A stretch of DNA of 64,000 nucleotides from Bryobacterales bacterium. Lineage in GTDB: Bacteria > Acidobacteriota > Terriglobia > Bryobacterales > Bryobacteraceae. Positions within the stretch are counted from its first letter, which is position 1, and each line of letters begins with the position of its first letter. The DNA lies in NCBI GenBank assembly GCA_003167255.1, contig PMTR01000077.1:21546-85545 (forward strand), written 5' to 3'. Below are positions 1-7,218 of the stretch, piece after piece. The position numbers and the translations under genes are program-made. The notes below the pieces were generated by a model. The model saw nothing but the letters and a program-made list of their open reading frames with translations, was not told the origin of the DNA and did no database searches.

Positions 1-1182
1 GACATTTCTGCCGTCGATGAACTCGGCAGGATATCGAAACCGGACACGACGACCTTCGGCAAGGCCCCATCGCGGGCGCGTCGGGTTATCCGAAGCGGAG
101 ACGTGCTTATTTCGACCGTGCGGACGTATCTGAAAGCCATCGCTCACGTGCCTCTCGCTGAAGACAATCTGATCTGCTCGACGGGCTTTGCCGTTTTGAC
201 CGCTAGCCCAAGAGTTGTGCCCCGCTTTCTGTTCTACTGGATAAGCTCGGATGCATTCGTCGGGCAGGTCGTAGCTCGATCCGTTGGCGTGAGCTACCCT
301 GCCATTAATCCCGGGGAATTGATGAGCCTTCCATTCCCGCCGTGGCCAACGAATACACAGGCTGCAATCGCCATGTTCCTCGACCACGAACTGGCCGGCA
401 TCGACGATCTCATATGGAAGAAGCAGCGCCTGATCGAACTGCTGGACGAAAAACGCGCCGCACTAATCAGTCGCGCTGTCACGCAAGGCCTCGATCCAGG
501 CGTGCCAATGAAAGACTCGGGAGTCGAACTAATTGGCAGAATTCCTCAGCATTGGGGAGTGATGGCGTTCAAGCGGACTTGCACACGCAATATTGTCGGA
601 ATTGCCGAAGCTGCAACGCACGCCTATGCAGACCAAGGCGTTCCACTAATTCGCTCCACGAACCTGTCCGAGCGCGGTCTCCTGTTGAACGACGTTCTGC
701 ATATCGATCGTTCGCTGGCTGAGGAGAACAGGACAAGGTATCTCAGGGCGGGCGACATCCTCACAGTGAGGACGGGGAACGCTGGAATAAGCTCAGTTGT
801 CCCCAAGGAGCTGGCTGGGAGCCAGTGTTTCACCTTGTTGGTATCCACCCTCAAAGCCGGTCATTCCAGCGAGTACTACGTTGCGTTTCTGAATTCCAGC
901 CCGGCCAAGCGTTTCTTTTCTCTTGAGAGTTGGGGAACTGCCCAAATGAACATCAGCGTGCCAATTATCCAAAATGTCCCCTGCCCCGTGCCGCCGCCAG
1001 ATGAACAGGCTAAAATAGCCGAGGCAATCAACAAAACGAACGGCGGCTTGGACGAACAACTGAGGCAGTGTGAAAGAGGCATTAATCTCCTTCGCGAATA
1101 CCGCTCCGCCCTCATCACCGCCGCCGTCACCGGCCAACTCGACATCCGCGCACACGAAAAGCAAATGGAGACCCTGGTCTGA
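1..1182 (+). CDS. hsdS: Type I restriction-modification specificity subunit HsdS (5' end lies outside the window)
   Basis: Frame is open from base 1 (..RSGDVLISTVRTYLKAIA). Central conserved spacer LDEKRAALISRAVTQGLD and C-terminal LLREYRSALITAAVTGQLDI are typical of two-TRD HsdS. Stop overlaps a downstream ATG (TGATG). Confidence 0.85.
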   Translation, partial: DISAVDELGRISKPDTTTFGKAPSRARRVIRSGDVLISTVRTYLKAIAHVPLAEDNLICSTGFAVLTASPRVVPRFLFYWISSDAFVGQVVARSVGVSYPAINPGELMSLPFPPWPTNTQAAIAMFLDHELAGIDDLIWKKQRLIELLDEKRAALISRAVTQGLDPGVPMKDSGVELIGRIPQHWGVMAFKRTCTRNIVGIAEAATHAYADQGVPLIRSTNLSERGLLLNDVLHIDRSLAEENRTRYLRAGDILTVRTGNAGISSVVPKELAGSQCFTLLVSTLKAGHSSEYYVAFLNSSPAKRFFSLESWGTAQMNISVPIIQNVPCPVPPPDEQAKIAEAINKTNGGLDEQLRQCERGINLLREYRSALITAAVTGQLDIRAHEKQMETLV

Positions 1183-1241
1183 TGGCCGGCCGTCGCGAAA
1201 TCCCCCTTGCCGTCCATCCCCAGGGCACAGGCGCCGTCTGA
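1182..1241 (+). pseudogene. Remnant of an hsdR 5' end (19-codon ORF MAGRREIPLAV..)
   Basis: The first ~8 codons and the TGATG overlap with the hsdS stop mirror the real hsdR start at 3653 (MADHREIAFE). The ORF stops after 19 codons. Confidence 0.5.
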
Positions 1242-1259
1242 ACATTCCAGACACTACCC

Positions 1260-1289
1260 TTGACGATTTATCGTTTACCGATATACAAT
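1260..1289 (+). promoter_or_regulatory. Candidate sigma-70 promoter and operator of higBA
   Basis: TTGACG (1260-1265), 18-nt spacer, TACAAT (1284-1289). Perfect inverted repeat ACGAT-TT-ATCGT (1263-1274) sits in the spacer. The -10 ends 6 nt before the higB ATG and there is no SD, suggesting a leaderless mRNA. Confidence 0.45.
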
Positions 1290-1295
1290 AAATCT

Positions 1296-1574
1296 ATGAT
1301 TCGCTCTTTTCGAGATCCTGAATCCGGGAAGGTCTTTGCGGGACTCCGCGGCCGGAAATTTCAGGCCATCGAAAAGATTGCCCTGCGCAAACTGATCCAT
1401 CTGAACCGGGCATCGAGCCTGCGCGATCTGGCCGCAATCCCCGGCAACCACCTGGAGCTGCTGACCAAGGAACGCAAAGGGCAGTACAGCATCCGGATTA
1501 ACGACGCTTACCGGATCTGCTTTACCTGGAACCAAGGCGATGCGTTTGCAGTCGAGATTACCGATTACCATTAA
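1296..1574 (+). CDS. higB: HigB-type toxin (RelE/ParE superfamily, plasmid-maintenance killer family)
   Basis: MIRSFRDPESGKVF..IPGNHLELLTKERKGQYSIRINDAYRICFTWNQGDAFAVEITDYH matches the HigB killer-protein pattern. It precedes an HTH antitoxin, the reverse order typical of hig loci. Confidence 0.8.
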   Translation: MIRSFRDPESGKVFAGLRGRKFQAIEKIALRKLIHLNRASSLRDLAAIPGNHLELLTKERKGQYSIRINDAYRICFTWNQGDAFAVEITDYH

Positions 1575-1584
1575 AGGAGAACCT

Positions 1585-1887
1585 ATGCCACGCCATATCC
1601 CCCCGCCGCATCCCGGCGAGACCATCTCGGAAGATATCCTCAAACCGCTGGACATGAGCGTAAACCAACTCGCCAAACACCTGGGCGTAACCGCTACGCG
1701 GTTGAATGACATCGTGCGGGGCACGCGGGGGATCACCGCCGATACGGCCTTGCGCCTGGCCCGCTACCTGGGGACCTCCGCCGAATTCTGGCTGGGCCTC
1801 CAATTGGAATACGACCTGCGGACCACACAGCAAGCCAAGTTGAAAGCCATCGAGAAAGCCGTAAAGCCCCGCTCCCAGGCGGCGTAA
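1585..1887 (+). CDS. higA: HigA antitoxin (XRE-family HTH)
   Basis: PPHPGETISEDILKPLDMSVNQLAKHLGVTATRLNDIVRGTRGITADTALRLARYLGTSAEFWLGLQ is the canonical HigA HTH_3 signature. Located 10 nt after higB. Confidence 0.85.
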   Translation: MPRHIPPPHPGETISEDILKPLDMSVNQLAKHLGVTATRLNDIVRGTRGITADTALRLARYLGTSAEFWLGLQLEYDLRTTQQAKLKAIEKAVKPRSQAA

Positions 1888-1903
1888 GCAGTGCCGCCGC
1901 AAA

Positions 1904-1931
1904 ACGGGGACTGCTACCAGTTCCCGTCTTT
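1904..1931 (+). terminator. Hairpin terminator candidate after higA
   Basis: ACGGGGACTG-ctac-CAGTTCCCGT (10 bp stem, one G-U pair) followed by CTTTGG. Confidence 0.45.
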
Positions 1932-2006
1932 GGAATTGGATAGCTGTCCCCGCTTTGCCCCCCGGCACAAGCCATCCCCCTCCGGGTTAAACTGAGGTAG
2001 GCCAAC

Positions 2007-2270
2007 ATGAATTTGACCGTGCATATTCCCGACGATCTCGTAGGCCAGCTCAGCGCTGCCGGCGGTGATCTGTCACGCCGGGCACTGGAGGCATTAGGCC
2101 TGGAGGAATACAAGAGGGGCCGTATCACCAAGTCAGTGTTGCGCCGCCTCCTGGGCTTTACTTCCCGTTACGAATTCGACGGGTTCCTGAAAGCCCATGA
2201 CGTCTGGATAAACTACACCGTCGAGGACTTCCGCCGCGAACTCCAGGACCTCAAGCGTTTGGGGTTCTGA
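2007..2270 (+). CDS. UPF0175-family antitoxin-like protein
   Basis: 87 aa; LSRRALEALGLEEYKRGRITKSVLRRLLGF..EFDGFLKAH resembles the UPF0175 small proteins that normally precede a DUF3368/PIN toxin. Confidence 0.65.
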   Translation: MNLTVHIPDDLVGQLSAAGGDLSRRALEALGLEEYKRGRITKSVLRRLLGFTSRYEFDGFLKAHDVWINYTVEDFRRELQDLKRLGF

Positions 2271-2273
2271 CCG

Positions 2274-2339
2274 GTGCCACTCGTCATCGCCGATAAGCCT
2301 GTGGCAGCGGGAGTTGCGATAATAGCAAGCAGAGGCGTT
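2274..2339 (+). pseudogene. Truncated N-terminus of the PIN-like (DUF3368-type) partner toxin, fused in frame to parD
   Basis: GTG 4 nt after the UPF0175 stop encodes VPLVIADKP.., a PIN-toxin-like start. It runs straight into the parD ATG at 2340. The same junction recurs at 3201-3259. Confidence 0.35.
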
Positions 2340-2609
2340 ATGACGATTAACCTACGTCCCGAACACGAGAAGGCTATCGCGCAGGCCATTCAATCCGGCG
2401 CCTACCAGAACCCCGATGAAGTCATCGGCCGGGCACTGGAAGCGCTCCGCACGGAGGATGCCTGGCTTGACGGCCACAAGGATGAGATCGCCGCCAAAAT
2501 CGAACGGGCTTTCGGACAATTTGAGCAGGGCGCGTTTCTTTCGTCCACCGAATCGCAAGCCGATATGGAGAAACGCAAAGCGGAATGGCTGCGTGAACAG
2601 AAGCGCTGA
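2340..2609 (+). CDS. parD: ParD-family antitoxin (ribbon-helix-helix)
   Basis: MTINLRPEHEKAIAQAIQSGAYQNPDEVIGRALEALR is the typical ParD N-terminus. Stop overlaps the parE start (ATGA). Confidence 0.7.
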   Translation: MTINLRPEHEKAIAQAIQSGAYQNPDEVIGRALEALRTEDAWLDGHKDEIAAKIERAFGQFEQGAFLSSTESQADMEKRKAEWLREQKR

Positions 2610-2914
2610 TGGTTTCCCTTTACGACGTTTCCGCCGAAGCCCAAAATGATTTGTTTGAAATCTGGCGCCGCATCGCGGCGGATAGTGTGGACTTGGCCAA
2701 TCGCATCGAAAGCGAGTTCCGGGAGTTGTTTGCCTCATTGGCCGAGATGCCCGGTCAAGGGCACACCCGCAAAGAGCTTACCCAGCGGCCGGTTCTGTTT
2801 TTTCCGTTGTACTCGTTCCTGGTGGTGTATCAGCCAGAAGTGAATCCAATTCGCATCATGGCTGTGTTGCGCGGCAACCGGAACGTAAAGCACATCCTGA
2901 AAGAGCGTCTCTAG
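2609..2914 (+). CDS. parE: ParE-family toxin (RelE/ParE superfamily)
   Basis: AQNDLFEIWRRIAADSVDLANRIESEFRELFASLAEMPGQGHTR..IRIMAVLRGNRN is the classic ParE pattern. Translationally coupled to parD. Confidence 0.8.
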   Translation: MVSLYDVSAEAQNDLFEIWRRIAADSVDLANRIESEFRELFASLAEMPGQGHTRKELTQRPVLFFPLYSFLVVYQPEVNPIRIMAVLRGNRNVKHILKERL

Positions 2915-3002
2915 CCCTGAACTCCAGCATCTGAAGCGTGTAGGGCTCTGATGGTGGAACCTGCCTCTTTGCGCGCCGGAACAATTGATGGGAGACTGAA
3001 TC

Positions 3003-3155
3003 ATGATTGATCCCATCCTCCCCGCCGCGGAATCCGTCTTCAAGCAGGGATTGGGCCTCTTCGGCAGCCCGGAAGATGCTGCCCTGCTTGATGAGGTGGT
3101 CGCCATCGCTTATGAGGAAAGACGCCGCCCAGCCAGTTCGACCGACGAGCTCTAA
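3003..3155 (+). CDS. Small ORF (50 aa), possible antitoxin remnant
   Basis: Hand-translated as MIDPILPAAESVFKQGLGLFGSPEDAALLDEVVAIAYEERRRPASSTDEL (below the ORF-track cutoff). It sits directly before a VapC-like N-terminal fragment. Confidence 0.25.
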   Translation: MIDPILPAAESVFKQGLGLFGSPEDAALLDEVVAIAYEERRRPASSTDEL

Positions 3156-3158
3156 TCG

Positions 3159-3200
3159 CTGCCTAAAGTCCTGCTGGATACAGACGTTCTTTCCGATATC
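3159..3200 (+). pseudogene. N-terminal fragment of a VapC/PIN toxin
   Basis: Encodes ..PKVLLDTDVLSDI, the conserved PIN start (LLDTNVLSE-like). It has no canonical start codon and is cut off by the junction repeat at 3201. Confidence 0.35.
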
Positions 3201-3259
3201 TCAAGCGCCTGGGGTTCTGACAGGTGCAACTCATCATCGCGGATACCGTACAACCATGA
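3201..3259 (+). repeat. Second copy of the 'UPF0175 3' end + PIN toxin 5' start' junction
   Basis: tcaagcgcctggggttctgacaggtgcaactcatcatcgcggata versus 2251-2295 tcaagcgtttggggttctgaccggtgccactcgtcatcgccgata. Reads LKRLGF* then VQLIIADTVQP*. Confidence 0.55.
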
Positions 3260-3510
3260 ACAGACGAACACATGTTGTCCTCTCTGACCAACTGGTCATG
3301 GACATCGATAGCCTGGTGGGGAGCGGGCAGCGCGCCATTTTGATCACCCAGGCGGCCGAAAAGGAGCTCATGCGCCGGCGCCAACTCCAAGCCCTCAATC
3401 AACTCGTGCCATGGAACGAGAAGGACCACCCCGAACTGAAGCAGGGCGCGGCCAAGTACGTTCGCAAGCTGCGCCGTGAATACGATCTCCGCGCATCCGG
3501 GGTGAAATAG
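3256..3510 (+). CDS. Orphan ribbon-helix-helix-type antitoxin-like protein
   Basis: MNRRTHVVLSDQLVMDIDSLVGSGQRAILITQAAEKEL.. has an RHH-like N-terminus. The ATG overlaps the TGA of the truncated PIN ORF. No toxin gene follows. Confidence 0.45.
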   Translation: MNRRTHVVLSDQLVMDIDSLVGSGQRAILITQAAEKELMRRRQLQALNQLVPWNEKDHPELKQGAAKYVRKLRREYDLRASGVK

Positions 3511-3585
3511 CAATGCCCGTCTTTCGGTAACAAATCCCTATCGGTGTTAATCTGTGTTCATCTGTGGCTATTAACGAGTTTTTTC

Positions 3586-3653
3586 ACGGCCTCGCCGCCG
3601 TCGCCACCAGCCAACTCGACATCCGCCAACAGCAAACCGAGGCGCTCGTCTGA
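3586..3653 (+). pseudogene. 3' remnant of a second hsdS allele
   Basis: Encodes ..GLAAVATSQLDIRQQQTEALV*, parallel to the intact HsdS C-terminus ..ALITAAVTGQLDIRAHEKQMETLV*. It has the same TGATG overlap with hsdR. Confidence 0.55.
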
Positions 3654-6600
3654 TGGCCGACCATCGCGAAATCGCCTTCGAATCAGCCGTCGAACACTCT
3701 CTCACTACCTACGGCGGCTACGAAAAAGGCGACCCGGCCCTCTACGACCAAGCCCGCGCCCTGCATCCCAAACTTGTCCTCGAATTCATCCAGACCACTC
3801 AATCCAAACAGTGGCAGGTCATCGCCGACTACTACGGCCCAAACGCCGGAGAAACCTTCCTCGCCGAACTGACCCTCGCGCTGGAATCGCGCGGCACTCT
3901 CGACGTGCTCCGCCACGGCCTCGATTTTTTCGGACAAACCTTCCATCTGGCTTACTTCGCACCCGCCAGCGGCATGAACCCCGAAACCGCGAAGCTCTAC
4001 AAACAGAACCGCATCACCATCACCCGTCAGGCTCATCTCAGTCTGCACCCCGAGCAGTCAGTCGACGTCCTGCTCAGCCTCAACGGCCTCCCCGTTGCCA
4101 CCGCCGAATTGAAGAACGCCTTCACCGGCCAGACCGTTCGCAACGCCATTCAGCAGTACCGCGACCGCGACCACCGCGAACCCCTGTTCGCATTCAAGAA
4201 ACGCGTCCTCGTCCATTTCGCCGTCGATACCGACGAATGCTACATGACCACCCGCCTGGAAGGCGCGGCCACCAGTTTCCTGCCCTTCAACCAAGGCAAC
4301 CATCGCGGCGCGGGCAACCCCGAAAACCCCGACGGCTACCGCACCCACTACCTCTGGGAACAGATCTGGAAACGCGATAGCTGGCTCGATCTCCTGGGCC
4401 GCTTCCTTCACGTCGTAACCCCGGTGAATGATAAGTCAGGCAAGCCGGAAGTCCTCATCTTCCCCCGCTACCACCAGGTCGATGCCGTCCGCAAACTCGT
4501 CGCCGACGCCCGCACCGCCCGCACCGGCAAGAACTACCTGGTCTGGCACTCCGCCGGAAGCGGCAAGAGCAATAGCATTGCCTGGCTGGCCCATCGTCTC
4601 TCCAGCCTGCATGACGCGCTTGACCGGAAAGTCTTCGACAGCGTCATTGTCATTACCGACCGCCTCGTTCTCGATAAGCAACTCCAGGACACCATCTACC
4701 AGTTCGAGCACAAGACCGGCGTCGTCATGAAAATCGATGACGATTCGAAGCAGCTTGCCGACGCGCTCCGCAACGGCGTCCCCATCATCATTACGATTCT
4801 CCAGAAGTTTCCCTTTGTCACCAAGCACGCGGGCGATCTCCCGGAACGCCGCTACGCCGTCATCGTTGATGAAGCCCACAGCTCTCAATCGGGCGAGAGC
4901 GCCGCCAAAATGAAAGCCGTTCTGGCCGGCGAACGCATCCGCGCCATCGCCCACAAGCGTGCCGAAGAGGAGCAGTTGCCCGATTACGAAGAGGAGATCA
5001 TCCGCGTGGTCGAAGGCCGCAAACAACAACCCAATCTCAGTTTCTTTGCGTTCACCGCCACTCCCAAGTACAAGACCATCGAAGTCTTCGGTGAGCGCGA
5101 CGCCGCGGGTCACCCCCAGCCCTTCCACGAATACAGCATGCGCCAGGCCATCGAGGAAAAATTCATCCTCGACGTATTGAAGAACTACACCATCTACAGC
5201 ACCTATTACCGGCTCCTCAAAACCGCCCAGGGCGATCCCGAAGTGGAAAAGAAGAAGGCCGCCAAAGCGCTCGCCCGCTTCGCGCGCCTCCATCCCCACA
5301 ACATAGCCCAGAAGACCGAAGTCATCATCGAACACTTCCGTCAGCACGTTCGCCACCGCATCGGCGGGCGCGCCAAAGCCATGGTCGTCACCGGCTCCCG
5401 CCTGGAAGCCGTGCGCTACAAGAAATCTGCCGACGAATATATTCACCTCAAAGGTTACGCCGACCTCCGCACCCTGGTCGCCTTCTCCGGCACCCTGGTC
5501 GATCCCGACGACCCTACCGGGGAAGAACTCACCGAAGTCAAAATGAACGGTGGCAAAATCAGCGAAAAGCAGCTTCCGGAAGAGTTCAAAAAGCTGGAAT
5601 ACGGCATCCTGATCGCCGCCGACAAATACCAGACCGGATTCGATCAGCCGCTTCTCCACACCATGTACGTCGATAAGCGCCTGGCCGACGTGCAGGCCGT
5701 CCAGACCCTCTCGCGCCTCAACCGGATCTGTCCCGGCAAAGAAGACACCTTCGTGCTCGATTTCGTCAACGACCCCGCCGAAATCCAGGTTGCTTTCCAG
5801 CGCTATTACGACACCGCTCCGATCATTACCGGCAAGCCCGAGCCCCGCCAGCTCTATTCCTTGCGTGCCGAAATCTACGGGTCGTTCATCGTACAGGAAA
5901 TCGAAGTCGAGCAGTTCGCCGCCGTTTTCTTCAAACCGCGCCGCACTGACAAGCCTACTCCCACCGATCACGCGCTGATGAACTCAATCATCGATAAAGC
6001 TGTGGGACGGTTTACGGAGGCAACGGAAGATGGGCAGGAAGAACTTCGCAACCGGTTGGAAGCCTTCCGCCGCCTCTACTCGTTTCTCTCGCAGGTCATC
6101 CCGTTCGGAGACAGCAAACTCGAAAAATTCGATGCCTATCTGCGGTTCCTCGAAACCAAGCTGCCCGTCCGCGAAGGCACTGGACGCCTCGACCTGGATG
6201 ATGAAGTGAAACTGAAGTTTTACCGCTTGCAGAAAATCAGCGAAGGCAGCATCGCGCTGGAGCCGGGAACCCCCGGAACGATGAAAGGCCCATCCGACGT
6301 CGGCACCGGCCGCATCGAAGACCAACAGGTTCCCCTATCGCGCGTCGTGGATGTGCTCAACGAGCGCTTCGGAACCGAATTCACCGTCGCCGACGAGCTC
6401 TTCTGGGATCAGATCCGCGCCGACGCCACTGCCGACGAATCCGTACGCGACGCCGGCGAAGCCAACACCATCGACAACTTCGCCCACATCTTCGACCGCA
6501 AGCTCGAAGAAATCGTCATTGGCCGCATGGACCGCAATAGCGATCAGGTCGTTCGGTTCCTCGACAACCCCGAAGTCCGCGAACTCGTCACCCGCCTCAT

Positions 6601-6667
6601 GCGCAACCAGGTCTACATCCGAATCCAGCAGGACGCCAGATCCCGCGCCACCGAAGCCCGACCGTGA
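3653..6667 (+). CDS. hsdR: Type I restriction enzyme R subunit HsdR (SF2 helicase/nuclease)
   Basis: 1004 aa. N-terminal nuclease region, Walker A HSAGSGKSNS, DEAH box VIVDEAHSSQ, and helicase C motifs (QTGFDQP..LSRLNR). Confidence 0.9.
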   Translation: MADHREIAFESAVEHSLTTYGGYEKGDPALYDQARALHPKLVLEFIQTTQSKQWQVIADYYGPNAGETFLAELTLALESRGTLDVLRHGLDFFGQTFHLAYFAPASGMNPETAKLYKQNRITITRQAHLSLHPEQSVDVLLSLNGLPVATAELKNAFTGQTVRNAIQQYRDRDHREPLFAFKKRVLVHFAVDTDECYMTTRLEGAATSFLPFNQGNHRGAGNPENPDGYRTHYLWEQIWKRDSWLDLLGRFLHVVTPVNDKSGKPEVLIFPRYHQVDAVRKLVADARTARTGKNYLVWHSAGSGKSNSIAWLAHRLSSLHDALDRKVFDSVIVITDRLVLDKQLQDTIYQFEHKTGVVMKIDDDSKQLADALRNGVPIIITILQKFPFVTKHAGDLPERRYAVIVDEAHSSQSGESAAKMKAVLAGERIRAIAHKRAEEEQLPDYEEEIIRVVEGRKQQPNLSFFAFTATPKYKTIEVFGERDAAGHPQPFHEYSMRQAIEEKFILDVLKNYTIYSTYYRLLKTAQGDPEVEKKKAAKALARFARLHPHNIAQKTEVIIEHFRQHVRHRIGGRAKAMVVTGSRLEAVRYKKSADEYIHLKGYADLRTLVAFSGTLVDPDDPTGEELTEVKMNGGKISEKQLPEEFKKLEYGILIAADKYQTGFDQPLLHTMYVDKRLADVQAVQTLSRLNRICPGKEDTFVLDFVNDPAEIQVAFQRYYDTAPIITGKPEPRQLYSLRAEIYGSFIVQEIEVEQFAAVFFKPRRTDKPTPTDHALMNSIIDKAVGRFTEATEDGQEELRNRLEAFRRLYSFLSQVIPFGDSKLEKFDAYLRFLETKLPVREGTGRLDLDDEVKLKFYRLQKISEGSIALEPGTPGTMKGPSDVGTGRIEDQQVPLSRVVDVLNERFGTEFTVADELFWDQIRADATADESVRDAGEANTIDNFAHIFDRKLEEIVIGRMDRNSDQVVRFLDNPEVRELVTRLMRNQVYIRIQQDARSRATEARP

Positions 6668-6885
6668 AGACCAGTCTCCACCGGCGGATGCCGTCACGTT
6701 TGGCACTTCGCCCCGGTCAGGTTTCAACTTCCTTTTCCATCAGAATCAGTCATTTACTGGGAATCCCTTGTTTCAGGCGTCTGCTACTCTGAAGCCAGGC
6801 AGGAGCCTCGCGAATACGCGACCTCTGAGGCGGTCCGGATCGGATAGAGCCAGGCTTTGGACGGGCGTCAGAAGTCGAAATTTCT

Positions 6886-7115
6886 GAAATTGGCTTCGTT
6901 TCGCCAAACCGCGAGCCGTCAAGGGCGGCAGATGGCGGGATAGTGGAATTGGGTTCGTTCGGCGAATACGGCACGAAGCCGGAGAATCGTTGCAACTTAT
7001 TGGCCTTATAGGAGTAACAACCAGTGTCAGGAGATCAGATTGGGTTCGTTTGGGAAAACCGTGCGACACGGTGGAGCATGGACCGAAAGAACTGAAATTG
7101 GGTTCGTTTCGCAAA
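6886..7115 (+). repeat. Array of four direct repeats, core (G)AAATTGGGTTCGTTTCGC
   Basis: Cores start near 6889, 6948, 7039 and 7097 (spacing 59/91/58 bp). Each is followed by a different short hairpin (e.g. CGGCacgaaGCCG, CCGTGcgaCACGG). Confidence 0.6.
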
Positions 7116-7163
7116 AGGGCGGTACGGTCATGCGTTGCTCCGCGGACCAAAGGGGGTGGGCGC

Positions 7164-7192
7164 TTGACTCCATCGCTCACATTGTGTAATTA
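7164..7192 (+). promoter_or_regulatory. Candidate argF promoter
   Basis: TTGACT (7164-7169), 17 nt, TAATTA (7187-7192). Start codon at 7202 with no SD, implying a very short or absent leader. Confidence 0.35.
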
Positions 7193-7218
7193 TTCAATTT
7201 AATGAATAAACATTCAGT
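7181..7218 (+). promoter_or_regulatory. Tandem ARG boxes (ArgR operator)
   Basis: Box 2 AATGAATAAACATTCAGT (7201-7218) and box 1 ATTGTGTAATTATTCAAT (7181-7198) against consensus TNTGAATWWWWATTCANW. The boxes are 2 bp apart and overlap the -10 and the argF ATG. argR is the last gene of the operon. Confidence 0.6.

Noticed and set aside
1183-3652. Integron-like cassette array (TA cassettes are common in chromosomal integrons).
   Set aside because: No intI gene is in the window. The inter-cassette spacers show no attC-type inverse-core/core (RYYYAAC..GTTRRRY) imperfect palindromes. The one clear hairpin (1904-1931) looks like a terminator.
4436-5971. Long antisense or off-frame ORFs: 4436-5971(-), 3544-4380(+), 8699-9718(-), 14391-15404(-), 26025-27458(-), 28364-29419(-), 27092-28402(+), 56377-57624(+), 60583-62196(-) and 62372-63373(+).
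   Set aside because: All lie inside, and out of frame or antisense to, genes with strong family signatures (hsdR, argG, CDF, alaS, VWA, the secreted proteins). Their translations are Arg/Pro/Gly/Ala-rich low-complexity strings, typical of shadow ORFs in GC-rich DNA.
6886-7115. Possible CRISPR array or type III toxin-antitoxin RNA repeats in the hsdR-argF gap.
   Set aside because: The repeats are only ~18-22 nt and imperfect, with irregular spacing (59/91/58 bp). No cas genes and no downstream toxin gene are present. Kept as an iteron/REP-like array instead.
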